From contig QPGO01000044.1 in NCBI GenBank assembly GCA_008632985.1, positions 186,001 through 250,000 of the forward strand: 64,000 nt of DNA, written 5' to 3'. Both the position numbers and the translations under genes were made by a program. Numbering within the stretch: the stretch's first letter is position 1; each line of letters starts with the position of its first letter. Shown here piece after piece: positions 61,861 through 64,000 of the stretch. This DNA comes from Psammoneis japonica (taxonomy: Eukaryota). The notes beneath the pieces are model-generated. The model saw only the letters and a list, made by a program, of their open reading frames with translations, ran no database searches and was not told where the DNA came from.

Positions 61861-64000
61861 TTAGTTGGAAAGACAGGATCCAAGGTCGGTGAATTTTAAC
61901 CCCCCCTCGGTCTTTCCTAACGAGCCTCCACGTTCTCCGGTGTCAATGTTCACGGTATAGAAATCCCCAGTCTTGGCAGAATGAGCGTACAGCTTGCCAC
62001 CACGAGTAAAAGCAAGCTGTAATGCAACGGCGCAATCCTTGTTTTTGTGAGTAGTGCAAATGTTCGAGTACGTACCCGTACTCAAATCAATCTTGAAGAA
62101 CTCCTTGCTGCTGCCACCTTGGCCATTGGAGCTGCCATACAAAATACCGTCATAGATCGCCACATCTCCAAAACGATATCTTTTGTGCTCGGAACCTGTG
62201 AACCTGTCCTTGACCCAAATGAAATCATCCACTTCGCCGTTTGGTTTGAAGGAAATAGCGCTGAGATTGTCTGTGTTTTCCGGAATATAAAAATACTTTC
62301 CATCCATGAATGAGGCAGAAAACACTTTTCCTTTAATTCTACCCGCACGAACAATTTCATCCGCCTCAAAGTCGTAGAAGTAGAGAGCACTGGATTTACC
62401 ATTTAGCTCGGCAGAAAAATAGAGGCGTTTAGAAGAAGCATCGTACGCCACGCCATTAGGCTCATTCTCAGCCTCGGGATGAAAACTCCCGGTGTCTTTG
62501 ATGAGTGTTGCCGCAGGTGTTCCGGACAAGTCAATTTCGTAAATATTATCTTCCTTATTGTCATGTGTGAAACGAATTCCATAGATGGTGTCGGGCTTGC
62601 ATTGAGTGGGAGAGGAAGTTGGAGAAGTAGTGGGTGCGACCGGGCACTCGCTGTCGCCACAGGTAGTGCCGAACCCCTGGAACGTGCCACCAAACTTGTT
62701 TTGGCAACGGAATGTCTTGATGTCTTGGATGCATTGACCAGACTCCACGCAACAGGCGCCTTCAACTTTGCATTGATTGGCATGACAGGACTGAAAAACA
62801 AACAGTGTGAGTCACATGATTAGAACCATTACTTCATTTCGACTCCACAGTGACTTTGCTCACCGTATCATCGCCTTTGTAAACACCATCGAATGTCCTA
62901 CAAGACGCCTCTGAGATCCTGTAGCACTCCTTTTTGGTCTTTAAGCAACACGCTCCGACCTTTGGAGGGGTGACGAGACACGAGGCGCCCCTACAGGTTG
63001 TACCGAAACCCTGAAACGTTCCACTGAATTTGTTCCGGCATAGGAAACTCTTGGTGTCGGGGATGCAACTGCCCGATTCCAAGCAGCAGGCCCCTTCCAC
63101 AGGGCAGCGATCAGCATCACAGGACTGCAAGAATGTTGATCAGGGACGATTAGAAACAAAAGATTGTGTGGCAATGTCATCATACAGCGAAATATAGTCT
63201 TACAGTACCGTCTCCTTGATACACTCCATCGCAAGATGCCTTGGTGGTAATGTTGCATTCCTTTTTAAGCTTGGAACAGCACGCTCCTGTCTCTTCTTCC
63301 ACGGGCGTTGGACTTGGAGTGGGAGAGGAAGTAGCTACGACTGGGCACTCGCTATCGTCGCAGTTAGTACCAAAACCCTGGAATGTCCCATCTAACTTGT
63401 TTTTGCACATGAAAATTTTGCTGTCAGGAACACAGTCCCCCGACTTTAAGCAGCAGGCACCTACGATACTACAGGTGCCGCTATCACACGTCTTCAATAG
63501 GGGGATTCAAGGAGGACATCAGGTTAGAACTTAGAGTGAGTCAAATTTGGGTCAAAAGTACGAAAAAGACCACTAACCGTGTCGTCACCCTGATAAATCC
63601 CATCCTTCAAATTACACGACGCTTCTGATTCTTCCACTAAGCATTTTTTCCAGAACTTCAGACAGCAAGCCCCCTTTTTAGTCGGGACGGGACTTGGAGT
63701 GGGAGAGGAAGTAGCCACGACTGGGCACTCGCTATCGTCGCAATTAGTGCCAAAGCCTTGGAATGTCCCATCTAACTTGTTTTTGCACATAAAAATTTTG
63801 CTGTCAGGAACACAGTCCCCCGACTTTAGGCAGCAGGCACCTACGATACTACAGGTGTCGCTAGCACACGTCTTCAATAGGGGGATTCAAGGAGGACATC
63901 AGGTTAGAACTTAGAGTGAGTCAACTTTGGGTCAAAAGTACGAAAAAGACCACTAACCGTGTCGTCACCCTGATAAATCCCATCCTTCAAATTGCACGAC
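61861..64000 (-). CDS. 3' part of a GACC Cys-rich repeat protein ending in a beta-propeller-like domain (5' end lies outside the window)
   Basis: Exons with GACC..C...GTFQGFGT.C and GACC.K.KKEC..DG.YQGD modules, homologous to the 39915 gene; final exon has PNGVAYD, FGDVAIYDGILYG and LAFTRGGKLY; TAA at 61861-61863. Confidence 0.8.
63310..64000. repeat. 380-bp tandem duplication of an exon+intron unit
   Basis: GGACTTGGAGTGGGAGAGGAAG at 63310 and 63690; the intron sequences are nearly identical. Confidence 0.92.

Overview
Eukaryotic nuclear DNA with short GT-AG introns, very probably from a diatom (inferred from CoDi-type Copia elements and diatom-typical gene families). About 15 protein-coding genes sit in gene-dense stretches: VAP, FUT8-like GT23, a pectin-acetylesterase/rhomboid-like fusion, MFS, PDCT/ROD1-like, OTU, SLC38, two ankyrin-like paralogs, two metzincin proteases and two GACC Cys-repeat proteins. 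They are separated by five blocks of degenerate repeat/transposon DNA (~7.4-9.8, 16.3-17.4, 25.4-31.6, 33.7-37.5 and 44.1-61.6 kb). The main signal is that these blocks have lost almost all TpA dinucleotides, converted to TpG/CpA, in addition to CpG decay. The change can be polarised inside the window. The two LTR-like repeats of one Copia differ by 8 TA->CA/TG and 5 CG->TG/CA changes, and conserved Tyr codons in Copia and Sola-like proteins read His or Cys (RT YVDD->HMDD). This points to a transposon-targeted A:T->G:C hypermutation at TpA, opposite in direction to fungal RIP. I also resolved a 3.5-kb TIR transposon with a 4-bp TSD nested in the Copia gag, and a TA-enriched mirror-image tract at 1.7-2.4 kb. 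All counts are by eye; no database searches were run.
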